Below are positions 42,801-49,217 of a DNA stretch of 64,000 nt, piece after piece; positions within the stretch are counted from its first letter, which is position 1; every line of letters starts with the position of its first letter. The DNA is taken from assembly GCA_944341445.1 (NCBI GenBank), contig CALVLZ010000006.1, forward strand, positions 2,589 through 66,588, read 5' to 3'. The translations under genes and the position numbers were made by a program. The stretch is from an uncultured Clostridia bacterium (GTDB lineage: Bacteria; Bacillota; Clostridia; Christensenellales; UBA1242). Below the pieces are notes generated by a model. It was not told where the DNA came from, searched no databases, and was given only the letters and a program-made list of their open reading frames with translations.

Positions 42801-45800
42801 TGAAAAAGCAAGCAATATTTGGAAAGTTGAAGCCACTTTCCCAGATTATATTTCGGGAATTTATTCACACGTAACTTCAATATCAGATGTTGAAAGCTTT
42901 AGAAATGCAATGCAAGTTGAAACTAAAAATAAAACTTTAATTTTAGCTCCATCAAGTTCTGATTACGCTATAACTTTAGACCAAAATTCAAAAGTTAATA
43001 AAACATTTGAAGGTAGTTTGTTAGGGGTTACAAAAAACGAACAAAATCCAAAAATAATAATTAATTGTGTAGATACTAATTCCAAATTATTTGAACTATT
43101 TGCATCAATGCAAAACGCAACAATTATGAATGTTGATTTTGAAATTGTTATAAAAGAAGAAAACGTTGGAGTTAATAGTTTTGGAGATAATTCTGATAGT
43201 AGATCTAAATATTTTGGTATCATTGCAAGACAAATGATTTCTTCAACCTTTGTTAATAATAATGTTTCTGTAACAATAAATACAGAATCTGGAAAAACTT
43301 CAATAACTTTAACAGATTCTGGTGCAGAGAACTTTGGCTTGTTGTTTGGAAATGTAACTTCAAGTAATGTTTCAGTGGTAGACATAACTTGCAATTCAAT
43401 AGCTGAAGATTCAATAGGAATAATCAATTCTGTTGGAAATCAAAAAATTGGCAGAAATATTGGTGTTTTTGCTGGAACAATAACTGGTAAAACCACATTA
43501 AATTATGTTAATACAAAGAACTTTAATATTTATGTTGATTATCAAAATGTTAAATCAACATATGAAAACTATAATTTTGGAACACTTGCAGGTTTAGTTG
43601 ATAGTAGTAGCATTTCTAACATTAACAATGTTGGAACTAGTGAGTTGCAAAACTTTGTTGAAACAAACGAAGTTAACCAAAATGTTAATGTTAAAGTTCA
43701 AATAAACGCTGAAAAAACAGTTATGCAAATTGGTGGCGTTGTTGGTCATTTGCAAAGCAGTACACTTCAAAATGTTATTGCATATGGAAATCTAAATTAT
43801 TCTACACAAGATAATTTAACAACCGCTTCTGTTGGTGGTGTTGTTGGATACAATCAAAACTCTAATTTATCTAATATTCAGTTTAACGCATATATTGATG
43901 AAAATAAGTGTGTTCAAAGAATTGCTAATTCTAATATCACAGTTTCTTCTAACAATACTATGTATGTTGGCGGAATTGTGGGTTTGATTGGTAATGGGGG
44001 TTTAACTGGTAGTATTATTGAACAAAATAATGGCGTTCAATATAGCGCAAATATTAATGGTGCAAATATTGACGTTTCAAATGCAACATTAACTGCAACT
44101 GCCGAAATAGGTGTTGGCGGAATTGTTGGTAAAGCAATTTCAACTTCAAGCAAAACTCAAGTTAACATTTGGAATGCTGTTAATTATGGCGAAATTTTAG
44201 ATAATATCACAGTTCAAGAAAATAACACATACATAGGTGGAATTGTTGGAATTATTAATGGTGTTAATATAAGCGATGTTGCAAATAGAAACAACATTAC
44301 GTTATATGAAGATAAAATTAAAGCATATATTGGTGGAATAGTTGGTTCAACAACCAAAACTTCAACAAAATATGCGTCAACAATAAACAATTTTGCATCT
44401 TATGGTAATATTGAATTTAGTGTGGCAGGGTCAAGTGGAAAAACAACAACACTTAAATATTTAGTAGGCGGTGTTGCAGGTAGTGGCTCTAGAATAAACA
44501 TAACAAACGGTTACTTTGTTGGTAAGTTAATAAACTTTGTAAGCACAAATAGCTATTTAAATGGTATAACAACTAATGAAATGACAAATTATTCCGACAG
44601 CAGAGATTCTTCAAAAATTTATTATATCTTGGAAAATGTTTTAGGTGGAGATAATAAATTTGTTGTTTCAATTGTTAACTTTAGGGGCTATAGTGTTGGT
44701 GAATTAATAGTTGAAGGAATTGTATATAAAAATCTTGCAACAAATGGCAGTGCTTTTGTTGGCAAAGGCGATTTTATTGTTCCTGTTTTAAAAACTCTTC
44801 CAGATTTAAAATTAAATGAATATAGTTATTTGAATTTTAATAACATGGAAGTTGTTCAACTTTCAACTGATAATGTTGCTACAATTGAAAACAACAAAAC
44901 AACATTAATAGTGGGTTCTGGTAAAATTAAAATGCCAACAACATTTAACGGAATGTTAATAGGTGTTAAAGATTCACAAGGCAATTATCCAACAATTGAG
45001 CTTGGTGCAAATTCTCAATTGTTAGAAACTAACGATGGTTCAATTGTAAATATTTCAGTAAAAATTGATACTCAAGCAAGTTTGAAAAATAAAAATACAT
45101 TTGGAATTTTAGCAAACACTAATACAATAAATGGTTATATTTCAAATGTTGTTGTTTATGGTTATAATAACGAAGCACTACAAGATGTTGACATTTCAGC
45201 ATTTGTTTACACAAATAAAGGCAAAATTTTAAACAGTGGTTCTAGTGTTTGGTTAATGGGTGAAGTTAGTGGAAACTCAACTTTATATGCATTAATGAAC
45301 GAAAATCTTGAACAAGGATATGTTGATGGAATGTTCTCAACATCTCAGTTCATGAATTATAAAACAGGTGCTGGATTTGAAGATGTTAATGAATATGCAA
45401 TTAAAACAATTGCTAATTTATCAACATTTAAAAATGTTTACATTGCGGGTTATTTTGGTATGGCGGACGCTAGCCATAAACATGCATTAGTAGGCACAGG
45501 TAAAGTAACTTCTTTATCATATGATTCAGCAAGTTGTGGTTTAACAAATCAAACAAACGCAACAAACACATTCAAAGCAAATGCAGAAAATAATGTTTTG
45601 CAAAACTTTGGCAATTCAATGCTTAATACAGATGGAATTACAATTCCAACAAGTGTTGAATTTTCAGTTGAACAAAACGGCGATGTAACAATTTCTTCAG
45701 CTTATGTTGATTCAACTGAAAGATTGGCAATTCTATCTGAAAGAATGTTGGATTCTTGGAAAATTTCAAACATTACTTCAATAGAAGAAGTTGTTATTAT

Positions 45801-48800
45801 AAAATCTGAATTGGATGGCGAAAATATTAATTATAAATCAAGTTCAGGAACAACATCTATTAATAAAGATGCAAAAATATATGGTAACAACAGGAAAATT
45901 AAAAATATTATAATATCTGGAACAAATGGCTCAGGTGTTGGTTTATTTGCTTCAAATACAAAAGAAATTTCTGATTTAACTTTGGAAAATATAACAGTTA
46001 AAGTTGGAAATTCTACAAGTTCACCTTCTGGAGTGCTTGTAGGGTCAGCTGAAAAATCAAAAATTGATAACATTGTTTTAATAAATGGAAGAGTTGAAGG
46101 TTCTTCTAACGTTGGCTTGCTAGTTGGAAAAGCAACAGGTTCAACAATTTCTAATATAAAACAATACGGTGTTGTTAGTGCAACAGGTGAAAATGTTGGT
46201 GGTGTTGTTGGAAATGTTGATAATTCAACATTAACAAATATTTATTCAACAACTCAAATGGCTGTAACAGGAGCACAGGCTTCTCATCAAAACATTGGTG
46301 GTATTGCTGGAAATTCTAGTGTTGTTACATATAACAACGTATATAATTTTAGTGAAAACACTGAAAACGCTAATAACTTAATAAAAAACTCACAAGGTGA
46401 AAATAGAGATATCACTGCTAAAGTGGAAGTTGGTGTTTCTTCTGGAAATAACATTGTAAATCAAAATATCGGCGGAATTATTGGTAACTCAAATAATATT
46501 ACATTGCAAAATGTTTATAACTACGCACCTATCATTGCAAACGCGGGCATTAATGTTGGTGGCATTGTTGGTTGTGGTAATATTTCAAACAAAGAATTAA
46601 GCAACACTTTAAATATTAAAAATTATGCAGACGTAACAGGCGTTGGTGTTGTTGGTGGAATTGTTGGAAAGTTAACTTCAAACTTAACAGTTTCAAATTC
46701 AAGCAATAATTCAACAATTATTAATAGTGGAAGTGTTTATGCAAAAGAAAATAAAAATAATATTCCAAGTAATAATACAAATTATAATGGAAAGTATGCA
46801 GGTGGAATATTTGGTGAAATCGCAAATGGCGTAACAGTTAATTTATCTGCGTTGTCAAACTTTAATAATGCATTTATGTTAAACAATGCTGACGGATTAT
46901 ACGTTTCAGCTGGAACATATGCGGGAGGATTTGTTGGAATAAACAACGGAGCTATTTCTGGAAAAACAGAAAAAACAATTTTAGATTTATCTAGTAAAGT
47001 TAAATTAGAACATTCAATAACAACATTAAATTCATTTATTTCTGTTGTTTGTGCAAAAAATAATGGAACAATTTCCAACATAAAAACTGCAGAAATAGTA
47101 GAAGTTATTGATGGGTCTAACAACGTTATAGGATTAAATATTTCTAAAAACTACGTTGGTGCAGTTGCAGCAGAAAATAATGGCATAATAAGCAATTGTG
47201 AAAACAATGTTTCAATAAATGCAAGTAGCTATTCTGCTGGTGTTGTTGCATCTAATAATGGTTCTATTTCTAACTCTTTAAATAGTGGAAACATAAGCGG
47301 AGGAAACTATATTGGCGGAGTTGTTGCAATTAATAACAAAGGTGGAGTATTAAGCACACTAACAAATACTGCAAATATTAAAGGCGGAGAAAATGTTGGT
47401 GGTGTTGTTGGTTGCATTGATAGTTCCGATAATGCCGTAATTATTGGAAATTTAACAAATGGAATGAGTAATCAATTGAAATTTGTTATAGGTTCAACAA
47501 ATGTTGGTGGTATCGTTGGTTTAATGAACGGTAATGCTTTAAGCACAGCAAAATTAACCAATTATGCAAACATAAACTTTGAAAAATCAAGTATTTCTTC
47601 AGATGATTATGCAAACAAAACTGGCGTAAACATTGGTGGAATTGTTGGCAGATTAAATGCTGAAATCACATTAATGTTGAACAATGGAGAAATTATTTTA
47701 GGAAACGAGGCTGTTGGTGGCTTGGTTGGTTATGCAGATACAAACGCAAAAATTAATAGTTCTAATGGAAAAGAAAATGCTATTTCAAATGTTACATTAA
47801 TAATTGGAACAAAATTTGTTGGAGGAGCTGTTGGTAAAGCAACTGCAAATTTGGGACTTGTTAAAGTTCAAAATTCAGATGCCAATGCTTCGATAATAAT
47901 GGGTGTTTCTGAGACAGGAGGAATCCTTGGCGGATTCACAATGGATAATTTAACTTTGGAAAAATCAAGTTCTATTAGTGGAATTGTTATCAACTATATA
48001 GGTTCTGAAAAAGAAGTTTTCATAACAGATCCAATAGAGTCATTTACATATAATTTTATGGTAAATAATAATGAAACTAATGCAAATGAAAAGATTAGTT
48101 TGTGGAATTTAGTTTACAATAAAACTCAATATTTATTAGATATTCCAGATGGTGACATTATTGGACCAAGCAATGTTGATGTTGTTAAATATCAAGAAGC
48201 TGGAAGAAGAGTTGATCACAAAAATGGAGACCCTAATAAAGACTCTCATATTGTTACAAATAGTGGAAGTTTTGATAGAGTTATACCTGGTAAAACAGAA
48301 GTGTACGATAATGGAAGATTAAAAACTTTAAATAAAATTGTGTTTAATTTAGGATTGGTTTGTGGTACACACGATATTGAAGGTTTCGATTATGAAAATA
48401 ACGCAACAGATACAAATATCGAAGCGCCTATATATTCACAACGCTGGGCAATGAGATTTAATTCCACAAGACATAGCGAAACAGAAAACACATTTAATAT
48501 TTACTTCGCAATGTATAAAGCAAAGGTTGCATTGCAGGGTCAAAACTCTGTAATGATAGACGAAAATGATCCAAATGTTGATTTTGGAGATTGGAATAAG
48601 GATTATGCTTCAAAATGTGCTCAATTATCATTTGTATCAAATTGGAAGTGGAATGAAACTGATAACTTTAAAAAATCTTATCTAAAATTAGTTGGAAATT
48701 CATCAAATTGGGAAAGTGCATATTTGGTTATTAATTTAGATGGAAAAGGTGATGTTTCAACTTCAAAATCTGCAACAGCAACTAGCTGGAAATATATAAA

Positions 48801-48807
48801 CGAATAA
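30886..48807 (+). CDS. Giant (5973 aa) surface lipoprotein with Ig-like segments, multiple GLUG/beta-helix modules and three rubredoxin-like repeats
   Basis: Uninterrupted 17.9-kb ORF; RBS GGAG; lipobox LVGC (Cys25); module heads DGSDAYPYEI (34141), DHPNPITT...LDGNG (39061), YGNANNPILI...GDLDGNG (40531); dozens of [VI]GG[IV]VG repeats; Asn/Ser/Thr/Gly/Val-rich; no C-terminal anchor. Confidence 0.9.
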   Translation: MKHWLGKLSVAVLMFFGSIFMLVGCGNPYSGLSIKTDNTEVYLYVDTDENGDLVKTSQELTVSVDGAKSGVSTDVLYEIEDKRYAKVESVKKDGNKTILTIVPEGNTIADTVSGTTYITLTTKEGNKQTKVKIIVEKKIKNVSWSTERIGIQRNSFLNLYNWLVFDPIDTSENKMEFTLLDEESKNNANITENGILTINSNASFVNNKDDNGVGYVNIIAKSKNKTDLVTAVARVYVIDVINVKNFTVRLEQSNATDLDLKPNSNNEYSIMLGKENIGNLELNNANILILPSDNSVVNRNYSITVKSISNSKVVDVQKFNETFNFSAINAGKAVVEFNVEYNNYEGQFTQTIKVNVEVKEKIPTSFEITNETLNEVVNENDLLYVFDTYNKTQTSDVVADYLKLRVFVNSDLENLKFRVSFNSNGLPGFDASKFEILNSKGENIQGTLVENGSYIYIKHKVTDESLNDMENWEKLPQLKFTMQFNLNPNGNTADKYNDYQKFEVKERVVNLVFKRGVFLDDENMPLIKKINLAERKDINTPDSDKIVLLTLPEGTEYGDIIKSIVVADDSLVTIQVEGNVVYIVPNSNLKTGTTTIEVQTLLGQNRTCEVSLFIPNAYRNYIDLQSSPFFITTKNYNESIGSIFEIGYSYFSINPNGEILQLVYAEESDIPLTEEQIATNAIIDELNKSIYNGGGYFVKDNVTYYKTINQITFLTNSTVEFNAYNFIVDQENAPTPYLLKNNEIVLSISSSVYGKTDGESLSITTNNVESEEDWSSENPNSGVNVNFAYLGVDESGNRLQAYTQNKFGIKIVKPIRQVQLNKNLVELYMEESVGALKQNLSSFQITITNSENGKLLVDAGNESLKITYQLTDPNKVIYNIIAGSGTIYSVKVDDIIEVSNSGLIKVRISADLNNFILENNIVAQDVYKQILQQNINVKVTVGIQQFNKPILPETVTVSIKYAEKVNNILTNVTSKGMYFSTNKTEQKTVKVNVERGSATNKNVYVLDPNGALNFTGLDEFGRINLSNFEFTVSPKQYAGAEFYIYLASEDSAVYKNVNGEMVAPDINNLKVSDFDRVVPIRVKIADGSDAYPYEIYNANDLMEMGLDKNKNKAFVLANDVDLSNYSNFASIKNFEGKLNGQFRYISGEEVVVEQNYITNLKINAVATSENNNFGLFANLKSGAEIKNLIIQNANITVNTNLDNINVGVVAGTNEGKISNVIVNYAKINVQTANVNNSVNVGGIVGVNNYYIQGNLEQQSDVEITINCVNESKTDVLNEFNVGAVAGLYYSNITDAKISNFDIATSIVVLENNESAINAENVNVGGIVGKTSLSNNKALIENNSLLNLNIVSNGNVGGIVGFAEDVVISNNNLQYGSSAIKPSINVAMGNVGGIVGYANNNVEVKYSYLNNFNANPLDGINYLGNITIKENINSVNAVYVGGIIGFVNNNVNINNSYVSGDIYSENSNAYIGYFIGGATQENKNACAVENSYFIGNVKNTIESSNALLPIGTGKELEQQDAPKELSYVDSETGETKYVYYYIQTSGVYFVDGINIKNSYVKANYNVGTSEDVVNISNLIRTTDFASNVVLFNDNSLPQSQEFFKLLPTNALLNNAEFDLYVSDPFVEKTTENVNRAIMQARKFVCSTCKYEYKEIPEDGVCENPDCESHSNETGKATFIEVLGDTEGIYNALKFVCPSCGKEYDSLTPDGLCDNTACTGVTDEDKTLVEDSISSPIKYICPSCKTQYIEMTDDGLCVNPNCPAISVEEKTLVENPYVTEGHQSVVSSILETAVSNLSDADFKAYGFNIANEGDQISDNTVWFKSAKLNNNLPVLFKENSKTDLLLTVIPTVVDYEFGNVNYSNTAFIPLTNKAIVFYNTSETNSGVKTNEYEIVKNVGGETTTAVVKDKFLYIYFGSDIQIDGINFDVYNSYTITASNSNVKFISNSLMQTLATGYTTLTIQSVIDESIKAEVQLFVTTGVSDVNIYKNGSTGNSENIITGRETEQETSLSEEMNLIVNEEATYYVDVENIIENVQFTKSTNIGYILEIKSYASNIKTIKLNDEVVDLTDTYKQFVFENLGSFKISTLEQGTVMLKITPYIKTTEEFSSFEINGVKIGGYLLNNLQNKNLTKYYLMQIQGIAEKPQLDNTNIINIDPYGTTKEVKVKYTTPNVVQSGTDYVINEKLNMFVYNEDGSVKFNVIDLASVELNVTNSLDVQNQTSTNTRNIPLYYKVVSKSQIVKSSNKDGMYEVTFGIVFISNAEWFKYNIGGISNYIVEFSAETNSKEVVSFNLNVERTSLSQITANYYPSGEVDSTGNINPNENESSTIVPDQQGLLKINLYPEINNADYIVITTSSENAQYIGYKQYIGNVDYELGEIKSYEQIQQSLGIYEKGNEKGVKLINQSLSVGTQGIQFNGDLYVGIVLSKNAPQNSSITFNIRAFKNNSEIEILSIQKTLNIIPLPRIEMFVNGTDKEYVVASGNSVNLNVNLFNYNIETEGEIQFSNFSTFVSGSTEKVRVEKVSNTSYKIVSDADCPVGNVIVTGSITKTLNGFSTTVEDSVTIKFVKYKLQSVAVENVASGVMEVLNGVTNPLSVTLNAEYNSENATEVLSQKSYLEKLAAGREYFNGEETYNNWYAYTGNTSTQLVIGADYKDINFSRITTGNSVAFAIKGIANSSNYNTQLRFEIKYTYNDKTGFPEIITSNDNVSEYYSLTFDFAVYVKDNSTYDHPNPITTVEQLKNMQAGADYILLNDIVLYNWTPIDFVASSLDGNGFRLILDKFDFSPFNGSSSISAGIFSSVANKSVLKNITVDIGNILISKDEVNAFYSEGVDKIPEENSYINLTQFSSVTFGTLAGTNSGTITNCKVISSSMPSSNSETYDNKNTIMHVFTNRSPQITNSVVGGLVGINNGSINNSYVGTPTQSDSNANNLIKTISVGVANKDSNTNAMNSEFNVYPFFIAGSSYVGGFVATNSGIITNSYTSSLGLINLTEINTNNQTAGFVVTNSSNAEIINSFAQGANIENYRATDTNIYISTKGNLGGFVFNNAGTINNAFSNVATKQNSGNSGGFVFQNSGTIKNAYTTSKIAQNSNLNGNFTGLTSGNFNNTGVYENCYYMVLPTETQNEKEPATAIVAELPSEEDVENENSQTNAFRNSGTFNGFLFTSGSGTDGIWKMPSNPQMGPQLITCEQTTFSLRSLVSVQNDIHNYEYSISNPYGNANNPILINTPEEFVTFLLNNSVNVDVYDIATGATRKVPVFGIKPSSATDGSEIKSSGAYSVRLINNLDFSNIVLDGDQYQVDGKKIKDLIFLGDLDGNGFTISNLSLVETNKDEIKENFGLFNQVGLSEIQLELLSNANENQVVNSVIEQKPNLKNLKFTFSNIDASSVVKVGGIAGSIYGANLYNISVSYTGTVSARNVVGGVAGLIESTSFEGKVVSPQLNEVTVSGLSANTSYHSANGVKTDYAVTNSGYATNGNNKIIFNSYKEYESFTGDGRKTDYFNNLKQIAYAGGIAGVLNAENRESFKLTSLNKDVKYLRDGTDSTIQQLYVKNKLVLLSENAGGLFGYVGNNTLVKNSKLEIAEKSDNNNAYTKIVAYNFAGGIVAENYGGLEKVRVEYPSEIQIQYDAILQSGMMVGYSDIFKPNSVSGVQDISLTAVGGIAGYSEKGSIIDSYSKINVVNNYAKSAGGVIGFAKNNNFLSHVYTTGDVYAQYNIGGIIGTYYSKSTDNKLILDYVYGVNAWNTSTNGETSYNFAKNILKPYYLKAVNGTYNGVDAYNFEVKMPLYGNQKVVISADTSDGNYESFEKERLEELSNIFASQTNYIGSIVGRINNANSDAIVANTVTSAELQIIIDKARLVQSVNGLSDNQVMATVIGSTFSNAKLENDSVTKVWPSSKKPNVMGSIISYENVESVGSNDNYLTAIKGEEPVKDGYGNQKYVTTTLATNSALSIIANNFQAWEVDAELRSEIATEKASNIWKVEATFPDYISGIYSHVTSISDVESFRNAMQVETKNKTLILAPSSSDYAITLDQNSKVNKTFEGSLLGVTKNEQNPKIIINCVDTNSKLFELFASMQNATIMNVDFEIVIKEENVGVNSFGDNSDSRSKYFGIIARQMISSTFVNNNVSVTINTESGKTSITLTDSGAENFGLLFGNVTSSNVSVVDITCNSIAEDSIGIINSVGNQKIGRNIGVFAGTITGKTTLNYVNTKNFNIYVDYQNVKSTYENYNFGTLAGLVDSSSISNINNVGTSELQNFVETNEVNQNVNVKVQINAEKTVMQIGGVVGHLQSSTLQNVIAYGNLNYSTQDNLTTASVGGVVGYNQNSNLSNIQFNAYIDENKCVQRIANSNITVSSNNTMYVGGIVGLIGNGGLTGSIIEQNNGVQYSANINGANIDVSNATLTATAEIGVGGIVGKAISTSSKTQVNIWNAVNYGEILDNITVQENNTYIGGIVGIINGVNISDVANRNNITLYEDKIKAYIGGIVGSTTKTSTKYASTINNFASYGNIEFSVAGSSGKTTTLKYLVGGVAGSGSRINITNGYFVGKLINFVSTNSYLNGITTNEMTNYSDSRDSSKIYYILENVLGGDNKFVVSIVNFRGYSVGELIVEGIVYKNLATNGSAFVGKGDFIVPVLKTLPDLKLNEYSYLNFNNMEVVQLSTDNVATIENNKTTLIVGSGKIKMPTTFNGMLIGVKDSQGNYPTIELGANSQLLETNDGSIVNISVKIDTQASLKNKNTFGILANTNTINGYISNVVVYGYNNEALQDVDISAFVYTNKGKILNSGSSVWLMGEVSGNSTLYALMNENLEQGYVDGMFSTSQFMNYKTGAGFEDVNEYAIKTIANLSTFKNVYIAGYFGMADASHKHALVGTGKVTSLSYDSASCGLTNQTNATNTFKANAENNVLQNFGNSMLNTDGITIPTSVEFSVEQNGDVTISSAYVDSTERLAILSERMLDSWKISNITSIEEVVIIKSELDGENINYKSSSGTTSINKDAKIYGNNRKIKNIIISGTNGSGVGLFASNTKEISDLTLENITVKVGNSTSSPSGVLVGSAEKSKIDNIVLINGRVEGSSNVGLLVGKATGSTISNIKQYGVVSATGENVGGVVGNVDNSTLTNIYSTTQMAVTGAQASHQNIGGIAGNSSVVTYNNVYNFSENTENANNLIKNSQGENRDITAKVEVGVSSGNNIVNQNIGGIIGNSNNITLQNVYNYAPIIANAGINVGGIVGCGNISNKELSNTLNIKNYADVTGVGVVGGIVGKLTSNLTVSNSSNNSTIINSGSVYAKENKNNIPSNNTNYNGKYAGGIFGEIANGVTVNLSALSNFNNAFMLNNADGLYVSAGTYAGGFVGINNGAISGKTEKTILDLSSKVKLEHSITTLNSFISVVCAKNNGTISNIKTAEIVEVIDGSNNVIGLNISKNYVGAVAAENNGIISNCENNVSINASSYSAGVVASNNGSISNSLNSGNISGGNYIGGVVAINNKGGVLSTLTNTANIKGGENVGGVVGCIDSSDNAVIIGNLTNGMSNQLKFVIGSTNVGGIVGLMNGNALSTAKLTNYANINFEKSSISSDDYANKTGVNIGGIVGRLNAEITLMLNNGEIILGNEAVGGLVGYADTNAKINSSNGKENAISNVTLIIGTKFVGGAVGKATANLGLVKVQNSDANASIIMGVSETGGILGGFTMDNLTLEKSSSISGIVINYIGSEKEVFITDPIESFTYNFMVNNNETNANEKISLWNLVYNKTQYLLDIPDGDIIGPSNVDVVKYQEAGRRVDHKNGDPNKDSHIVTNSGSFDRVIPGKTEVYDNGRLKTLNKIVFNLGLVCGTHDIEGFDYENNATDTNIEAPIYSQRWAMRFNSTRHSETENTFNIYFAMYKAKVALQGQNSVMIDENDPNVDFGDWNKDYASKCAQLSFVSNWKWNETDNFKKSYLKLVGNSSNWESAYLVINLDGKGDVSTSKSATATSWKYINE
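34600..35070 (+). repeat. Coding direct repeats AATGTTGGTGGAATTGTTGG (NVGGIVG, GLUG-type)
   Basis: Identical 20-nt copies at 34600, 34849, 34945 and 35050, and another at 62283 in the second giant gene; all in frame. Confidence 0.8.
35806..36201 (+). repeat. Three tandem Cys4 (C-x2-C-x12-C-x4-C) rubredoxin/zinc-ribbon-like protein repeats
   Basis: KFVCSTCKYEYKEIPEDGVCENPDC / KFVCPSCGKEYDSLTPDGLCDNTAC / KYICPSCKTQYIEMTDDGLCVNPNC starting at 35806, 35959 and 36091. Confidence 0.85.
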
Positions 48808-48835
48808 AAAATCACGCTTAATTGCGTGATTTTTT
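48806..48835 (+). terminator. Rho-independent terminator after giant gene 1
   Basis: AAAAAATCACGC-ttaatt-GCGTGATTTTTT. Confidence 0.85.
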
Positions 48836-49016
48836 ATTTTTTTAAAAACATATTATCTCCAATTTTCAATAATTAATTTTGTTTTTATTATGTTTTAAAA
48901 CTAACTTTGCATTATTATTTTTAACAATTTCAATTAATAATTTAAGTGTTTTTTCAATTATGTTTTATAATATTTTTAATTAATTTTTATATTTAATTTT
49001 TTTATTAATTTTAATA

Positions 49017-49023
49017 TGTCGAA
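49017..49023 (+). promoter_or_regulatory. Candidate Spo0A box
   Basis: Exact TGTCGAA in an otherwise G/C-poor intergenic region, ~54 bp upstream of the -35. Confidence 0.3.
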
Positions 49024-49076
49024 AATTAAAAAAACTTAAAATTTAAGCCTTTTTATTTTATTGTTAGTGTTATTAT

Positions 49077-49105
49077 TTGACTTATTATGTTGAATTATGT
49101 AAAAT
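49077..49105 (+). promoter_or_regulatory. sigma-A promoter of giant lipoprotein 2
   Basis: TTGACT-17 bp-TAAAAT. Confidence 0.6.
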
Positions 49106-49217
49106 TACCTAAAGGAAGAAATATTATATATATTAATATATATAATAAATTTTTATTTTAACCGACAAAATAAATAATTATTCTAATATTTCAAAAACTA
49201 AACTAAAGGTGAATGAG

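Noticed and set aside
30886-48807. Giant protein 1 as an M26/IgA1 (Zmp) metalloprotease
   Set aside because: GLUG repeats are present, but I found no HExxH motif and no LPxTG-type anchor.
47992-49217. Polymorphic toxin-immunity pair or DGR target at the end of giant gene 1
   Set aside because: No downstream immunity ORF (terminator then AT-rich spacer), no recognisable toxin motif, and no template repeat or reverse transcriptase in the window.
48836-49217. Long intergenic region as a possible ncRNA or riboswitch
   Set aside because: Almost entirely A/T with no GC-paired structure or recognisable RNA motif; explained as promoter and 5'-UTR.
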